Assembly: GCA_003598975.1 (NCBI GenBank)
Contig: QZIJ01000131.1
Coordinates: forward strand, 23,360-87,359
Length of the DNA: 64,000 bases
Source of the DNA: Anaerolineaceae bacterium
GTDB lineage: Bacteria; Chloroflexota; Anaerolineae; Anaerolineales; Villigracilaceae
Direction of reading: 5' to 3'
How positions within the stretch are numbered: position 1 is the first letter of the stretch; each line of letters opens with the position of its first letter. Made by a program: the position numbers and the translations under genes. Below the pieces are notes generated by a model, which searched no databases, was not told where the DNA came from, and was given only the letters and a program-made list of their open reading frames with translations. Positions 39,077 to 48,948 of this stretch are shown piece after piece.

Positions 39077-40786
39077 ATGAAAAAGATTGCTTTCGTCAGT
39101 TGGGTGATTGTGTTTGTAATTCTGTTAATTTCATGTGAAACGCGAGTTTCCACAGATACGGCGGCTGCGCCAACACTTACTCCAAAATCGGACACTGCTG
39201 GCAACAAGGTTGATCCAGGGGAGGAGATTGGCGGTATGCTGTTGACCACAGGTCAGGGCGGAAAAATCCCTGAGATTTGGGAATTTTGCGATCCGTATGT
39301 GACTGGGGCTGGGGTCACCATAAGGGAGTGTCAGGTACCTGCTTTGCAGAGAATCCTAATCGGATACGGCGCTCCCGGAAACACTTTGGATGAATTGGAC
39401 TCATATTGGTCAACTACGTCATGGGAACTTTACCTCGATAATCAGCCCGTTAACCTGACCGCGTTCGGCACATTCGACCAAGCGGGCGACTCTAATGGTT
39501 CAGTGCTTCGCTTGTGGAATGTGGTACTGATGAATCCCGCGCCCGGTCTTCATACACTACGTTCTGTTTCCATCGAAAAAGGCGAACTTTTTGATAATAC
39601 TTGGAACTTCACAGTCGCATCTCCCGCCACAATGGAAATTCCAGCAGGATCTGAAACATTGCCCTTCACTGGGACGAGTGACGCGTTCACCACATTGGAG
39701 GAGTTCCATAGCCTGATGACATCTTCTGTCACCAACGGCGATATCGACTCGTTCTGGGAAACCGTGAGCGCGACTGGGCAAATGCCCCTGATCTTCGGAG
39801 ACAACATTGCCGTCTTCCTCTATCGTGGTCAGGCCGAAAACGTAGAATGCCGCGGCGATTTTGCGACCCCGTACATACGTCAGGGCGAAACCAATATTTG
39901 GGCGTTCATTAAATTGTTTGAACCTGACGCGCGTGTTGAATACACGATTTGGTTGGATTCCAATCAACCGATCCTGGACTCACTGAATCCCATCACCGAA
40001 ACGGGTGGACTTGGGACAAATTCGGTTGTGCAAATGCCTGAATATGCAATTCCCCTATTTACCTTGCCTCGTGACAATATTGCCCATGGAGTCCTCGGAG
40101 AGAATATAACCATCACAAGCCAGCGTCTTGGATACAACGTTAACTACCGCGTTTATACGCCTGTTGGATATGAAACGCTCGAAAGCTTGCCGGTGATCTA
40201 TGTTACCGATGGGCAGGATTTCATCAACCCAGAAATGGGAGCGATGATAAACGTATTGGATAATTTAATTGCGGATGGCCGCGTTGAGCCGATCATAGCG
40301 GTTTTCGTTGATACGCGCGATCCAAGTACCGGCGTAAACCGCCGCGAAGAAGAATTTGTTGGAGCCAGCATCGCAGACTGCCCATTCTGCGATTTTGTTG
40401 CCCTAGAACTTGTGCCAGTGATTGATACCGACTACAAAACAGTAGCATCACCCAATGCCCGGGCAATCCTCGGTTTTTCACTGGGAGGAAACTTGACTGC
40501 TCATATAGGATTGAAACGCGCTGACGTATTCCAGAATATGGCGATTCTATCGCCGTATATTTCCGCAGAGTGGATTTTCGACAGCTATCAAGAAACGAGT
40601 CCCTTGCCGATCAAAATCTTTCTCGGCCACGGAACCTACGATAACCAGGCTGCTTCAATTCGCCTGCGCGATACTTTAGAAGCAAAGGGGTATCCCTTGT
40701 TGTATGTCGAGACACACGCAGGTCATTCTTTTGGCAATGTCCGGGGGATGTTGGACGATATGCTCATCTATTTCTTTGGCAAATAA
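39077..40786 (+). CDS. Lipoprotein: unknown N-terminal domain plus Fes/IroE-like alpha/beta esterase
   Basis: Lipobox LISC; VYTPVGY, YVTDG, GFSLGG nucleophile elbow, GHS; GGAGG RBS. Confidence 0.82.
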   Translation: MKKIAFVSWVIVFVILLISCETRVSTDTAAAPTLTPKSDTAGNKVDPGEEIGGMLLTTGQGGKIPEIWEFCDPYVTGAGVTIRECQVPALQRILIGYGAPGNTLDELDSYWSTTSWELYLDNQPVNLTAFGTFDQAGDSNGSVLRLWNVVLMNPAPGLHTLRSVSIEKGELFDNTWNFTVASPATMEIPAGSETLPFTGTSDAFTTLEEFHSLMTSSVTNGDIDSFWETVSATGQMPLIFGDNIAVFLYRGQAENVECRGDFATPYIRQGETNIWAFIKLFEPDARVEYTIWLDSNQPILDSLNPITETGGLGTNSVVQMPEYAIPLFTLPRDNIAHGVLGENITITSQRLGYNVNYRVYTPVGYETLESLPVIYVTDGQDFINPEMGAMINVLDNLIADGRVEPIIAVFVDTRDPSTGVNRREEEFVGASIADCPFCDFVALELVPVIDTDYKTVASPNARAILGFSLGGNLTAHIGLKRADVFQNMAILSPYISAEWIFDSYQETSPLPIKIFLGHGTYDNQAASIRLRDTLEAKGYPLLYVETHAGHSFGNVRGMLDDMLIYFFGK

Positions 40787-40812
40787 CAAAAAAACGTCAC
40801 TCGGAGTATCCC

Positions 40813-41340
40813 ATGAAAAAAAACGTATTCGTCAGCTGGTTGGTTCTGTTGGCCGTCTTGACGGCCTCGTGTCAATTTTCTGGGGCGAAGATCAAACCGG
40901 GCGATAAGATCGGGGACATGGAGTTCATCAACGAATGGGAAAATTGTCAGGCTCCAAATATTTTGCATGAACTGTGTACCGAGCAGGAGGTGGTATTCGA
41001 CGGCACGTGTACCGTCCCCGCCTCGCAGACGAAATTCTGGGTGTCCACAGGCTGGATGGAGGGTTCACAGGAAGCCATGGAACTGAGTTGGAAAGATTCC
41101 GAGTGGAGCATGACCTTCGATGGCCACGAAGTTGACTTATGGTCATTCGGTACTTTCGATATGGATTGGACCGACCCAACGGGAAAAGTGAAAGATGTGC
41201 AAAAGGCGCGCATCTGGAATGTGTGTGTCTCCAATCCCGTTCCGGGCAAACATATGGTTGTTTACAAGTTCACCCTGAAAAATGGCGTGTTTCGCGGCGA
41301 TCACGAATTGATCTTCAATTTCACGGTGTTGGCGCCTTAA
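40813..41340 (+). CDS. Lipoprotein homologous to the N-terminal domain of the upstream esterase
   Basis: Lipobox TASC; shared PG..IG.M, C.VP, FGTFD and WNV...NP.PG.H motifs. Confidence 0.75.
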   Translation: MKKNVFVSWLVLLAVLTASCQFSGAKIKPGDKIGDMEFINEWENCQAPNILHELCTEQEVVFDGTCTVPASQTKFWVSTGWMEGSQEAMELSWKDSEWSMTFDGHEVDLWSFGTFDMDWTDPTGKVKDVQKARIWNVCVSNPVPGKHMVVYKFTLKNGVFRGDHELIFNFTVLAP

Positions 41341-41418
41341 ATTCCACAGCCAGCGAAGATTTTCGGCGGAGATTCACCCCTCCGCCGAATTCTTTAATCC
41401 CTGCTATACTCGCCCCTT

Positions 41419-42294
41419 ATGAAACTCGGCATCGTCACCGATTCGACCTCCGACCTGCCTGCCGACTTGATCGAACGCTTCGGTATCGAAGTTGTCCCCT
41501 CGATCCTTGTTATCGAAGGGAAACAATATGCCGATGGCGAGGGCATCAGCCGCAACGACTTCTACGCGCGCCTGCCCGCCATGATAAAGTTTCCGACCAC
41601 CGCCGCGCCGTCCATCGGCGAATTTTCGGCGCGTTATCAAAAACTGTTCGCCCTCGGTTGCGACCACATTCTTTCGATTCACGCGGCCTCGCAACTGACC
41701 GCCATCTGCAACATCGCGCGTCAGGCCGCGGCGGACTTTCCGAACCGCGTCACGATCGTGGACAGCGGCTCGCTCTCGCTGGGACTCGGATTCCAGGTGC
41801 TGGCCGCGGCCGAATCCGCCGAGTCGGGTGCGGACACTTCGACTTCGCTCAGTGCAAGCCTCGAAGCGGCCCTCGCTTCGATAGCCGATACCCGCCGACG
41901 GCTCCACGTCTCCGCCGCGCTCGATACGATGGACTTCCTCCGCCGCAGTGGACGCGTTCCCGCGGCCATCACCATCCTCGGCGGCATGTTGAACATCAAA
42001 CCAATGGTCGAACTGACCGACGGTGTGCTCAAACCCGTTGGCGTCGTGCGGACAACAGGTCAGGCCGACGAGCGGATGGCAGCATTTCTCAGAGCGGGCC
42101 TGCCTCTGGAACGTCTCGCCATCCTGCACACGGGAGCGGAACATCGCGCCCGCAATTTTCTCACCCGCCTCATGGACGAGTCGCGCCGTGAACTGCCGCG
42201 CGACATCCTTATGGTCAACGTGACCACCGTCATCGGCGCGCACGTCGGCCCGAACGGACTGGGATTTGCATCGGTGAGATCGGCGACACAATAA
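41419..42294 (+). CDS. DegV family fatty-acid-binding protein (FakB)
   Basis: IVTDSTSDLP, PTTAAPS, DSG.LS.G, L.RSGR, IKP, GAHVGP. Confidence 0.93.
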   Translation: MKLGIVTDSTSDLPADLIERFGIEVVPSILVIEGKQYADGEGISRNDFYARLPAMIKFPTTAAPSIGEFSARYQKLFALGCDHILSIHAASQLTAICNIARQAAADFPNRVTIVDSGSLSLGLGFQVLAAAESAESGADTSTSLSASLEAALASIADTRRRLHVSAALDTMDFLRRSGRVPAAITILGGMLNIKPMVELTDGVLKPVGVVRTTGQADERMAAFLRAGLPLERLAILHTGAEHRARNFLTRLMDESRRELPRDILMVNVTTVIGAHVGPNGLGFASVRSATQ

Positions 42295-42309
42295 ACCAGG
42301 AGACCAGAC

Positions 42310-43179
42310 ATGCCATCCCGACGTGCCCTCCTCTACATGCCCGGTGATGACTGGAAGAAAATCACCAAGTCCCTCACCCTCGGTGTGGATTGCATCTGCA
42401 TGGACATGGAAGACGGCGTGGCCGTCAACCGCAAGGCCGAGGCGCGCACCACGATTGCGAGGGCTTTGCAGGAATTGGACTTCGGCAAAAGTGAAAAACT
42501 GGCGCGCATCAACTCGGTTGGCTCGGGTTGGGAGAGAGATGATATTGACGCGGTTCTCCCGTTTCATCCCGATGGGATCGTGATTCCCAAAATCGAATCT
42601 CTCGACCAGATTGAATGGGGAAGCAAAATCATCGAATCTGCCGAACTAAAATTTGGATGGCGAATCAGTTCCGTCCGCATGTTGGTGGGCGTGGAGACTG
42701 CCAAAGGGATTTTGAATCTCAAAGAGATCGCCTCGCACCCGCGGCTGGACGGCATCATCTTCGGTGGCGAGGACTTCGCCGCATCCATCGGCGCAAGGCG
42801 GACGCGGGATGCATCCGAGTTGCTGTACGCGCGTCAGGCGGTGGTCACTGCTTGCGCGGCGTATGGACTGCAGGCCATTGACATCGTCTATATTGATTTC
42901 AAAGACGCGGACGGTCTGCGCGCGGAAGCGGAGCAGGGAGCAGGATTCGGCTTCAGCGGGAAACAAGTCATTCACCCGAACCAGGTCCAGGTCACGCAGG
43001 AAGCGTTCACTCCGTCCGACGCGGCCATCGCGGAGGCGCGTCGAATCGTCGAGACGTTCGAAGCCAGTCAAAAAGAGGGGAAGGGCGCGTTTGCGTTGGA
43101 TGGAAAAATGATCGACATGCCGCTATTGAAGAACGCACAGAAAGTTTTGGAGCGGGCGCGGGCCGCGGGGAACCTCTGA
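42310..43179 (+). CDS. CitE/HpcH family CoA-ester lyase
   Basis: RRALLYMPG, DMEDGV, RIN, GGED, GKQVIHP, MID. Confidence 0.9.
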   Translation: MPSRRALLYMPGDDWKKITKSLTLGVDCICMDMEDGVAVNRKAEARTTIARALQELDFGKSEKLARINSVGSGWERDDIDAVLPFHPDGIVIPKIESLDQIEWGSKIIESAELKFGWRISSVRMLVGVETAKGILNLKEIASHPRLDGIIFGGEDFAASIGARRTRDASELLYARQAVVTACAAYGLQAIDIVYIDFKDADGLRAEAEQGAGFGFSGKQVIHPNQVQVTQEAFTPSDAAIAEARRIVETFEASQKEGKGAFALDGKMIDMPLLKNAQKVLERARAAGNL

Positions 43180-43811
43180 TGGATGCCGAACCCACACAAT
43201 GGGAAAAAATTTTTCAACAAGACGGGCACGTCTTTCCTGAGCCGCGCCTGCAGGTGATGCAATTTGCGGAGGGACTTCTCCAGCGCGGATTGACATCCGT
43301 TCTCGATCTCGGTTGCGGGAACGGACGACACACTGTCCACATGGCGCAAAAGGGGTTGTGCGTCTTCGGCATGGACAACGCCCCCACCGCGTTGCGCCTG
43401 ACGCGTGAATGGCTTGGGCGGGAACGTCTCGCCGCGGGTCTGGTTTTATCGGATATGCGGCGCGCCCTGCCGTTTGCCAGCGACGCGTTCGATGCGGTGT
43501 TGTCCACGCAGGTGATTCATCATGCCGTGCTTGCCACTGTGCTTGGCACCGCACGCGAGATCGAGCGCGTTGTACGAAAGGGCGGGATAATCATGATTAG
43601 CGTCCCCCTGCGCAAAGCCATTGAGGAGGATTCGAACGAACACGAGGAGATTGAGCCGGACACCTTCGTCCCCACCAGCGGCACGGAAAAAGGACTGCCG
43701 CATCATCTTTTTACCCCCGATGAATTAAGCAGCATTTTTCCGCAATTCCGCGTGACCGATCTACAAGTCTCTGGCGAACGTGTCATGGTTTTGCAAGCCA
43801 TCAAAAAATAA
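43179..43811 (+). CDS. Class I SAM-dependent methyltransferase
   Basis: VLDLGCGNGRH, SDM..LP, FDAV. Confidence 0.88.
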   Translation: MDAEPTQWEKIFQQDGHVFPEPRLQVMQFAEGLLQRGLTSVLDLGCGNGRHTVHMAQKGLCVFGMDNAPTALRLTREWLGRERLAAGLVLSDMRRALPFASDAFDAVLSTQVIHHAVLATVLGTAREIERVVRKGGIIMISVPLRKAIEEDSNEHEEIEPDTFVPTSGTEKGLPHHLFTPDELSSIFPQFRVTDLQVSGERVMVLQAIKK

Positions 43812-43820
43812 CGAGTTCAC

Positions 43821-44954
43821 ATGCCCACCATCCAAGTCATCGCCGTTCGCAACGCGCGCGAAAAGCGAATCTTTCTCACCTTCCCGTGGCGCATCTACAA
43901 AAACGATCCGCTCTGGGTTCCGCCGCTTCTGCCCGACCGAATCAAGGCCACCGACTCCGCGCAGGGAATATTCTTCAAGGATGGCGAGGCGGAATTTTTC
44001 ATCGCCTGGAAAGACGGCCAGCCTGCGGGGACTCTCGCGCTCGCGGAGGAGAAAGCGCGCACGCGTCATCGCGGCTACGCAGAGTGCATGTATGGATTTG
44101 TGGAATGCGTGGACGATTACCACGTGTTCGCGGCCATATTCGATCACGCGGGACGTTGGGCTGGGTCGCGCGGCATGAAGGCGCTCTACGGCCCATACAA
44201 TCTCGACCGTGAAGACAGCCGTGGCATCCTCATCGAAGGCTGGGATCGCCCCCCCGCCATCTATCTGGCGCATCACCCGCCGTACTACAAAGAATTCTTC
44301 GAGCGTTACGGGTTCCAAAAAGATGACGACGACGGTGTGGCCTATGCCATTGACATCAACTTAGAGAATCCCCGCATCCAAAAACTTTCGCGCGTCGCGC
44401 AGCGCGTGCGCGAGAAGCATCCCGAATTCAGCGTGCGCGGCGCGAACCTTGCCGACAAGGACGCGGAACTCGACCGCATCGTCTATTTGCAGAATGCTGG
44501 GCTGGCACACTTCGCTGGGCACGTGCCTTACACCCGCGCCGATATCGAATCCATCATCGGGCCCCTGCTCGACCTGGTGGACCTCGAACTCGTCCTTTTC
44601 GCCGAAGTGGACGGAGAGCCTGCGGGCTTTTTTCCTGGTGTTCCCAACTTCAACGAGATCCTGATTCACGTCAACGGTCTGCGCTATCCCTGGGATTATC
44701 TGCGCGCCTTCCTCCATCGTAACGACACGCCGAAATGTCTCTCGATCAAGAGCATTGTCGTCCCGCCCGAATATTGGGACACGGGACTCTCGCTCCTGCT
44801 CTTCGGCGAGATGGCGAAACGCGCCGCCGCGAAGGGCTACCTTTGGGCGGACTTGTCGCTGACGGGTGAGTACAATGAGGATACGCGTCCGCTTGCCGTC
44901 CACGCGGGGGCGCAAGTATATAAGAAGTATCGGTTCTATCGCAAGGAACTGTGA
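43821..44954 (+). CDS. Tandem-GNAT acyltransferase (YghO / bacterial ceramide synthase-like)
   Basis: F.TFPWRIY..DPLWVPPL, GF.E, GP.N, HHPPYY, E.N, K.YR.Y pattern. Confidence 0.6.
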   Translation: MPTIQVIAVRNAREKRIFLTFPWRIYKNDPLWVPPLLPDRIKATDSAQGIFFKDGEAEFFIAWKDGQPAGTLALAEEKARTRHRGYAECMYGFVECVDDYHVFAAIFDHAGRWAGSRGMKALYGPYNLDREDSRGILIEGWDRPPAIYLAHHPPYYKEFFERYGFQKDDDDGVAYAIDINLENPRIQKLSRVAQRVREKHPEFSVRGANLADKDAELDRIVYLQNAGLAHFAGHVPYTRADIESIIGPLLDLVDLELVLFAEVDGEPAGFFPGVPNFNEILIHVNGLRYPWDYLRAFLHRNDTPKCLSIKSIVVPPEYWDTGLSLLLFGEMAKRAAAKGYLWADLSLTGEYNEDTRPLAVHAGAQVYKKYRFYRKEL

Positions 44955-44955
44955 T

Positions 44956-44990
44956 CAGAACCCAGGTTTCTGCGAGGAACCCGGGTTCTG
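44956..44990. repeat. AGAACCCAGGTTTCT double palindrome
   Basis: CAGAACCCAGGTTTCT-GCG-AGGAACCCGGGTTCTG; relative of 20078. Confidence 0.6.
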
Positions 44991-45006
44991 GAAGAAGGAG
45001 AATCAC

Positions 45007-45783
45007 ATGGGCAGACTGACCGGCAAGATTGCCATCATCACCGGCGCGACATCGGGAATCGGAAAAGCCACTGCGCTTCTTTTCGCGAACGAGGGCGCGG
45101 ACCTGGTCATCACGGGGCGGCGCGCGGAGTTGGGTCAACGCGTCGAGACGGATGCCTGCGCGAGGGGAGTCCGATGCGTGTTTGTGGAGGCAGATCAAAC
45201 TAAAGCGGAGGATTGTCAGCGCGTGGTGGACGTCGCCTTGCGCGAGTTCGGTCATATTGACATCCTGTTCAACAACGCAGGGATCGTCACCAGCGGGACA
45301 GCCGTGACAACTTCCGAGGAGGTCTGGAACGATACGCTGGCGTTGAATGTGACCGCGGTGTGGCGCATGTCGAAACTGGTCATCCCGCAGATGAAGAAGC
45401 AGGGGCGCGGCGTAATAATCAACAATGGCTCGGATTGGTCGGTGGTGGCGGGCAGGGACGCGTTCCCGTACGTGGTAAGCAAGGGCGCGGTGGGATTGAT
45501 GACGAAGGCGATAGCGCTCGATTTTGCGCGCGATGGAATCCGCGTGAACGCCGTCTGCCCCGGTGACACGTTTGTGGACAGGTGGCTGGAGAAGGGCTAC
45601 TTCGAGCAGTCGGACCCGGTGACGCGCGAGGAAGCGATGAAGGAATCGAGCGCGTACATCCCGATGGGACGCTTCGGCCAGCCCGAGGAGATCGCGCAGG
45701 CCGTGTTGTTTCTGGCGTCGGACGATTCTTCGTTCGTGACGGGTCATCTGCTGCTGGTGGATGGGGGAAATACGGCGCAGTGA
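45007..45783 (+). CDS. SDR family oxidoreductase
   Basis: [21 protein letters not shown]; AAGGAG RBS. Confidence 0.92.
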   Translation: MGRLTGKIAIITGATSGIGKATALLFANEGADLVITGRRAELGQRVETDACARGVRCVFVEADQTKAEDCQRVVDVALREFGHIDILFNNAGIVTSGTAVTTSEEVWNDTLALNVTAVWRMSKLVIPQMKKQGRGVIINNGSDWSVVAGRDAFPYVVSKGAVGLMTKAIALDFARDGIRVNAVCPGDTFVDRWLEKGYFEQSDPVTREEAMKESSAYIPMGRFGQPEEIAQAVLFLASDDSSFVTGHLLLVDGGNTAQ

Positions 45784-45852
45784 TGTAAGGATATAATCGC
45801 ATTGATTGAAAGGTTCAAACTATTTATCGTTTTTTACCAAGGAGAACAAAAA

Positions 45853-46221
45853 ATGAAATCCACCTACACCACTATTGATGAATATATTGTCACATTCCCC
45901 AAAGATATTCAAGTCGTTCTGCAAAAGATTCGCGCCACCATCCGCAAGGCCGCGCCGCAGGCGGAGGAGGCTATCAGTTACCAAATGCCGACCTTCAAAC
46001 TGCATGGCAACTTGGTCCATTTTGCGGCGTTCAAGAGTCACATCGGGTTTTATCCCGTGCCGAGTGGAATCGAGAAATTCAAGAAGGAACTTTCAGCATA
46101 CAAGGGCGCCAAAGGCTCGGTGCAATTTCCGCTGGATCGTCCCATTCCATATGCGTTGATTGCGAAGATCGTCAAGTTTCGAGTGATGGAAAATCTGGAA
46201 AAGGCAAAAACGCGTTCGTAG
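45853..46221 (+). CDS. DUF1801 (YdhG-like) protein
   Basis: TIDEYI, ISYQMP, HIGFYP, KGSVQFP. Confidence 0.88.
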   Translation: MKSTYTTIDEYIVTFPKDIQVVLQKIRATIRKAAPQAEEAISYQMPTFKLHGNLVHFAAFKSHIGFYPVPSGIEKFKKELSAYKGAKGSVQFPLDRPIPYALIAKIVKFRVMENLEKAKTRS

Positions 46222-46238
46222 CACAGGATGCAACTGGC

Positions 46239-46571
46239 ATGTCAAACTACAGGCTCAATGATGAATATGGCCCCAGCGATTGGTCTGCATCCAAACTGGT
46301 GGGTATCCTGCTGACCATGTTCGGCGCGGGCGTGATTCTGTGGACGGTGGTGGAGATCTTCCAACTGTTCACGCACGGGAGCGCATTCCTCGTCCTCGAT
46401 GAAATTGTCCCCGCGCGGATCGAACTCGTGGAAAATGGTCTGCTCCTGCCGCGCGAAGTCTTGATCTACGGCCTGCCCATCTGGGCGTTTTCGGTCACTT
46501 CGAAGATCGGGGTGATGCTGTTGAAGAACGGGTTGGAGTATGTGGAGAGGCCGAGGAAAGTGGGAAAGTAG
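46239..46571 (+). CDS. Hypothetical 2-TM membrane protein
   Basis: Two hydrophobic segments; native codon usage. Confidence 0.65.
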   Translation: MSNYRLNDEYGPSDWSASKLVGILLTMFGAGVILWTVVEIFQLFTHGSAFLVLDEIVPARIELVENGLLLPREVLIYGLPIWAFSVTSKIGVMLLKNGLEYVERPRKVGK

Positions 46572-46659
46572 TTATTCACGCCCATTCCTTTCCCACGCCA
46601 CGGGGTTATACGATAAAATCCGACCCAATCAGTAGCATTTCCTCGCCAAAGGAATCCCC

Positions 46660-48864
46660 ATGACTCAAAACACGCGCGCCACATTCGATTCCAAAACCCT
46701 CGTCCCCGGCCTCATCGCGGGACTGATCGTCGGCATCATCGTCGTCACCATCAGCATCTCGCTCGGCTCGTTCATCTTTTCGGGTGAACTCGCTCAATTC
46801 GCGCCGCGCGGTATGGGGCTTTTGCTCTTCAGCGGACTCGTGATGGGACTCACCGTCGCGGGTCTCAGTTCTCTCCCAGGCGCGGCCATCGGACCTCAAG
46901 ACGGACCCTCCGCGCTACTGGCCGTCGCGGCGGCGGGAGTCGCTTCGGGCCTCGCGGGCGTGTCGAATCCGGAGATCGCGTATCACACCGTCGTGACGGG
47001 TGTATTGCTCTCCACGCTTGCCACGGGCGCGGTCTTCTTTTTCATCGGCCAATTCAAACTCGGCAACCTCGTGCGCTACATTCCCTATCCCGTCATCGGC
47101 GGCTTCCTCGCTGGCACGGGTTGGCTCATCACGCGCGGCACGCTCGAAGGCATGGCGGGGCAATCCCTCAGCCTCGCCGCGCTCCCCTCGCTCGTCACGC
47201 CCGACGCGCTTTTTCGCTGGCTGCCTGGCGCGCTCTTCGCGACCGCCGTCCTGCTCATCCTCCGCAAATTCAATCACTTCCTCATCTGGCCTGGCATCGT
47301 CCTCGGCGGCATCTCCATTTTTTACGGACTGATTTTTTTACGCGGGATGACCTTCGACGAGGCGCGCGCCGCGGGACAATTTATGCAACCCTTCGGCTCG
47401 GGTGGACTCTGGCAACCCTTCCTCCCATCTCATTTCGCGGACGTGGACTGGGCCGCGCTTTCAGGAGCGTTGGACTCGCTCGCGATCATCCCGCTCGTCA
47501 GCCTGATCGCGTTCCTGCTCAACGCCTCCGCGCTGGAACTGGTCGCCAAACGCGACATTGACCTGAACCGCGAACTGCGCGTGGCGGGACTCTCCAACAT
47601 CCTCGCGGGACTCGGCGGCGGGGTGGCGGGCTATCACCTGCTCGGCGCGACCGCCCTGGCCTTTCGCATGGGCGCGCAGACGCGCATCGTCAGCCTCGTC
47701 TCCGCGCTGGTGTGCGGACTCGTCCTCGTGGCGGGCGGGTCGTTCATCAGTTTCCTGCCCGTCGCGTTCCTCAACGGCATGTTGCTCATGCTCGGCCTCT
47801 CCTTTCTCGTGGATTGGCTCTACGACGCGCGTCCCAAACTCCCTGTCGCGGATTACGCGCTGGTCTGGGTGATTCTCTTCGTCATCGGTTCGGTGGGATT
47901 TCTCGAAGGCGTCATTGCGGGCGTGGCGATTTCGATTTTGCTGTTCGTGTTCAAGTATGCGAACGTCAACACCGTGCGTGATTCGCTCAACGGGCAGATG
48001 TATCACAGCAAGGTGGAACGTCCCGCCATTCAGCGCGAGACGTTAAACCGCCTTGGTGAATCGATCCACGTTTTTCGTTTGCAGGGATTCATTTTCTTCG
48101 GCACATCCAACAGTATCCTCAGCCGCGTGCGCGAAATTCTTGAAGACCAAACCAACAGGGAAAATTTCATCGTGCTGGATTTCCACCGCGTCCACAACCT
48201 GGATTCGTCGGCGGTTTCGTCGTTCGTCCGCATGAGACAGTTGGCCGACCTGCACGATATCTACCTCGTGTTGACGCAGGTCTCGCCGCTGATGCGCCGC
48301 CAGATGGAGCAGGGCGGATTCGTCGGCGACCAGCGCGTGCAATTCTTTCCCTCGCTGGATCACGGGATGGAGTGGTGCGAGAACATGCTGTTGATGAAGT
48401 ACGAGGCTTCCACGCAGTTTATTTCCACGAGTTTGGAATCGCAATTGAAGCGCAGTTTCCCGCATCCAGAGTTGGTGGAGTCGCTCATGGGTTTCCTCGA
48501 ACGCGTCGAAGCGGAGGCCGCCCAAACGTTGATGCGACGCGGCGAGGCGTCCGACGCGATGTACTTCGTTGAGTCGGGACGTCTCAACATCGAGTTGACC
48601 ACGCCCGATGGGGAGGTCATCCGTCTGCGAAGCATCCGCAGTGGGACGGTGATCGGCGAGATGGGCCTGTATCTCCACCAGCCGCGCACTGCCGATGTGG
48701 TGACACTGCAACCGAGTGTGTTGTATCGCCTGGACGCCGATGCGCTGATGCGGATGGAGGCCGAACAGCCCCAGACCGCCGCCGCCCTGCACGAGTGGAT
48801 CGCGCTGATGCTGGCCGAGAGGCTCTCGGATAACAACCGCGCCATCGAGGCGTTGCTGGATTAA
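46660..48864 (+). CDS. SulP family anion transporter with STAS and cNMP-binding domains
   Basis: Multiple TMs, IPYPVIGGF, LNRELR, LQGFIFFG, LDSS, IGEMG...RTAD. Confidence 0.9.
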   Translation: MTQNTRATFDSKTLVPGLIAGLIVGIIVVTISISLGSFIFSGELAQFAPRGMGLLLFSGLVMGLTVAGLSSLPGAAIGPQDGPSALLAVAAAGVASGLAGVSNPEIAYHTVVTGVLLSTLATGAVFFFIGQFKLGNLVRYIPYPVIGGFLAGTGWLITRGTLEGMAGQSLSLAALPSLVTPDALFRWLPGALFATAVLLILRKFNHFLIWPGIVLGGISIFYGLIFLRGMTFDEARAAGQFMQPFGSGGLWQPFLPSHFADVDWAALSGALDSLAIIPLVSLIAFLLNASALELVAKRDIDLNRELRVAGLSNILAGLGGGVAGYHLLGATALAFRMGAQTRIVSLVSALVCGLVLVAGGSFISFLPVAFLNGMLLMLGLSFLVDWLYDARPKLPVADYALVWVILFVIGSVGFLEGVIAGVAISILLFVFKYANVNTVRDSLNGQMYHSKVERPAIQRETLNRLGESIHVFRLQGFIFFGTSNSILSRVREILEDQTNRENFIVLDFHRVHNLDSSAVSSFVRMRQLADLHDIYLVLTQVSPLMRRQMEQGGFVGDQRVQFFPSLDHGMEWCENMLLMKYEASTQFISTSLESQLKRSFPHPELVESLMGFLERVEAEAAQTLMRRGEASDAMYFVESGRLNIELTTPDGEVIRLRSIRSGTVIGEMGLYLHQPRTADVVTLQPSVLYRLDADALMRMEAEQPQTAAALHEWIALMLAERLSDNNRAIEALLD

Positions 48865-48865
48865 T

Positions 48866-48942
48866 GTTGGGGCGGACCTATGTGTCCGCCCTTTTGTATT
48901 TCGCCCTGGAAAAAAATAAAGGGCAGACACGAGGTCTGCCCC
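48866..48942. repeat. REP doublet (GTTG variant) between convergent genes
   Basis: GTTGGGGCGGACCTATGTGTCCGCCC ... GGGCAGACACGAGGTCTGCCCC. Confidence 0.7.
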
Positions 48943-48948
48943 GAAAAT

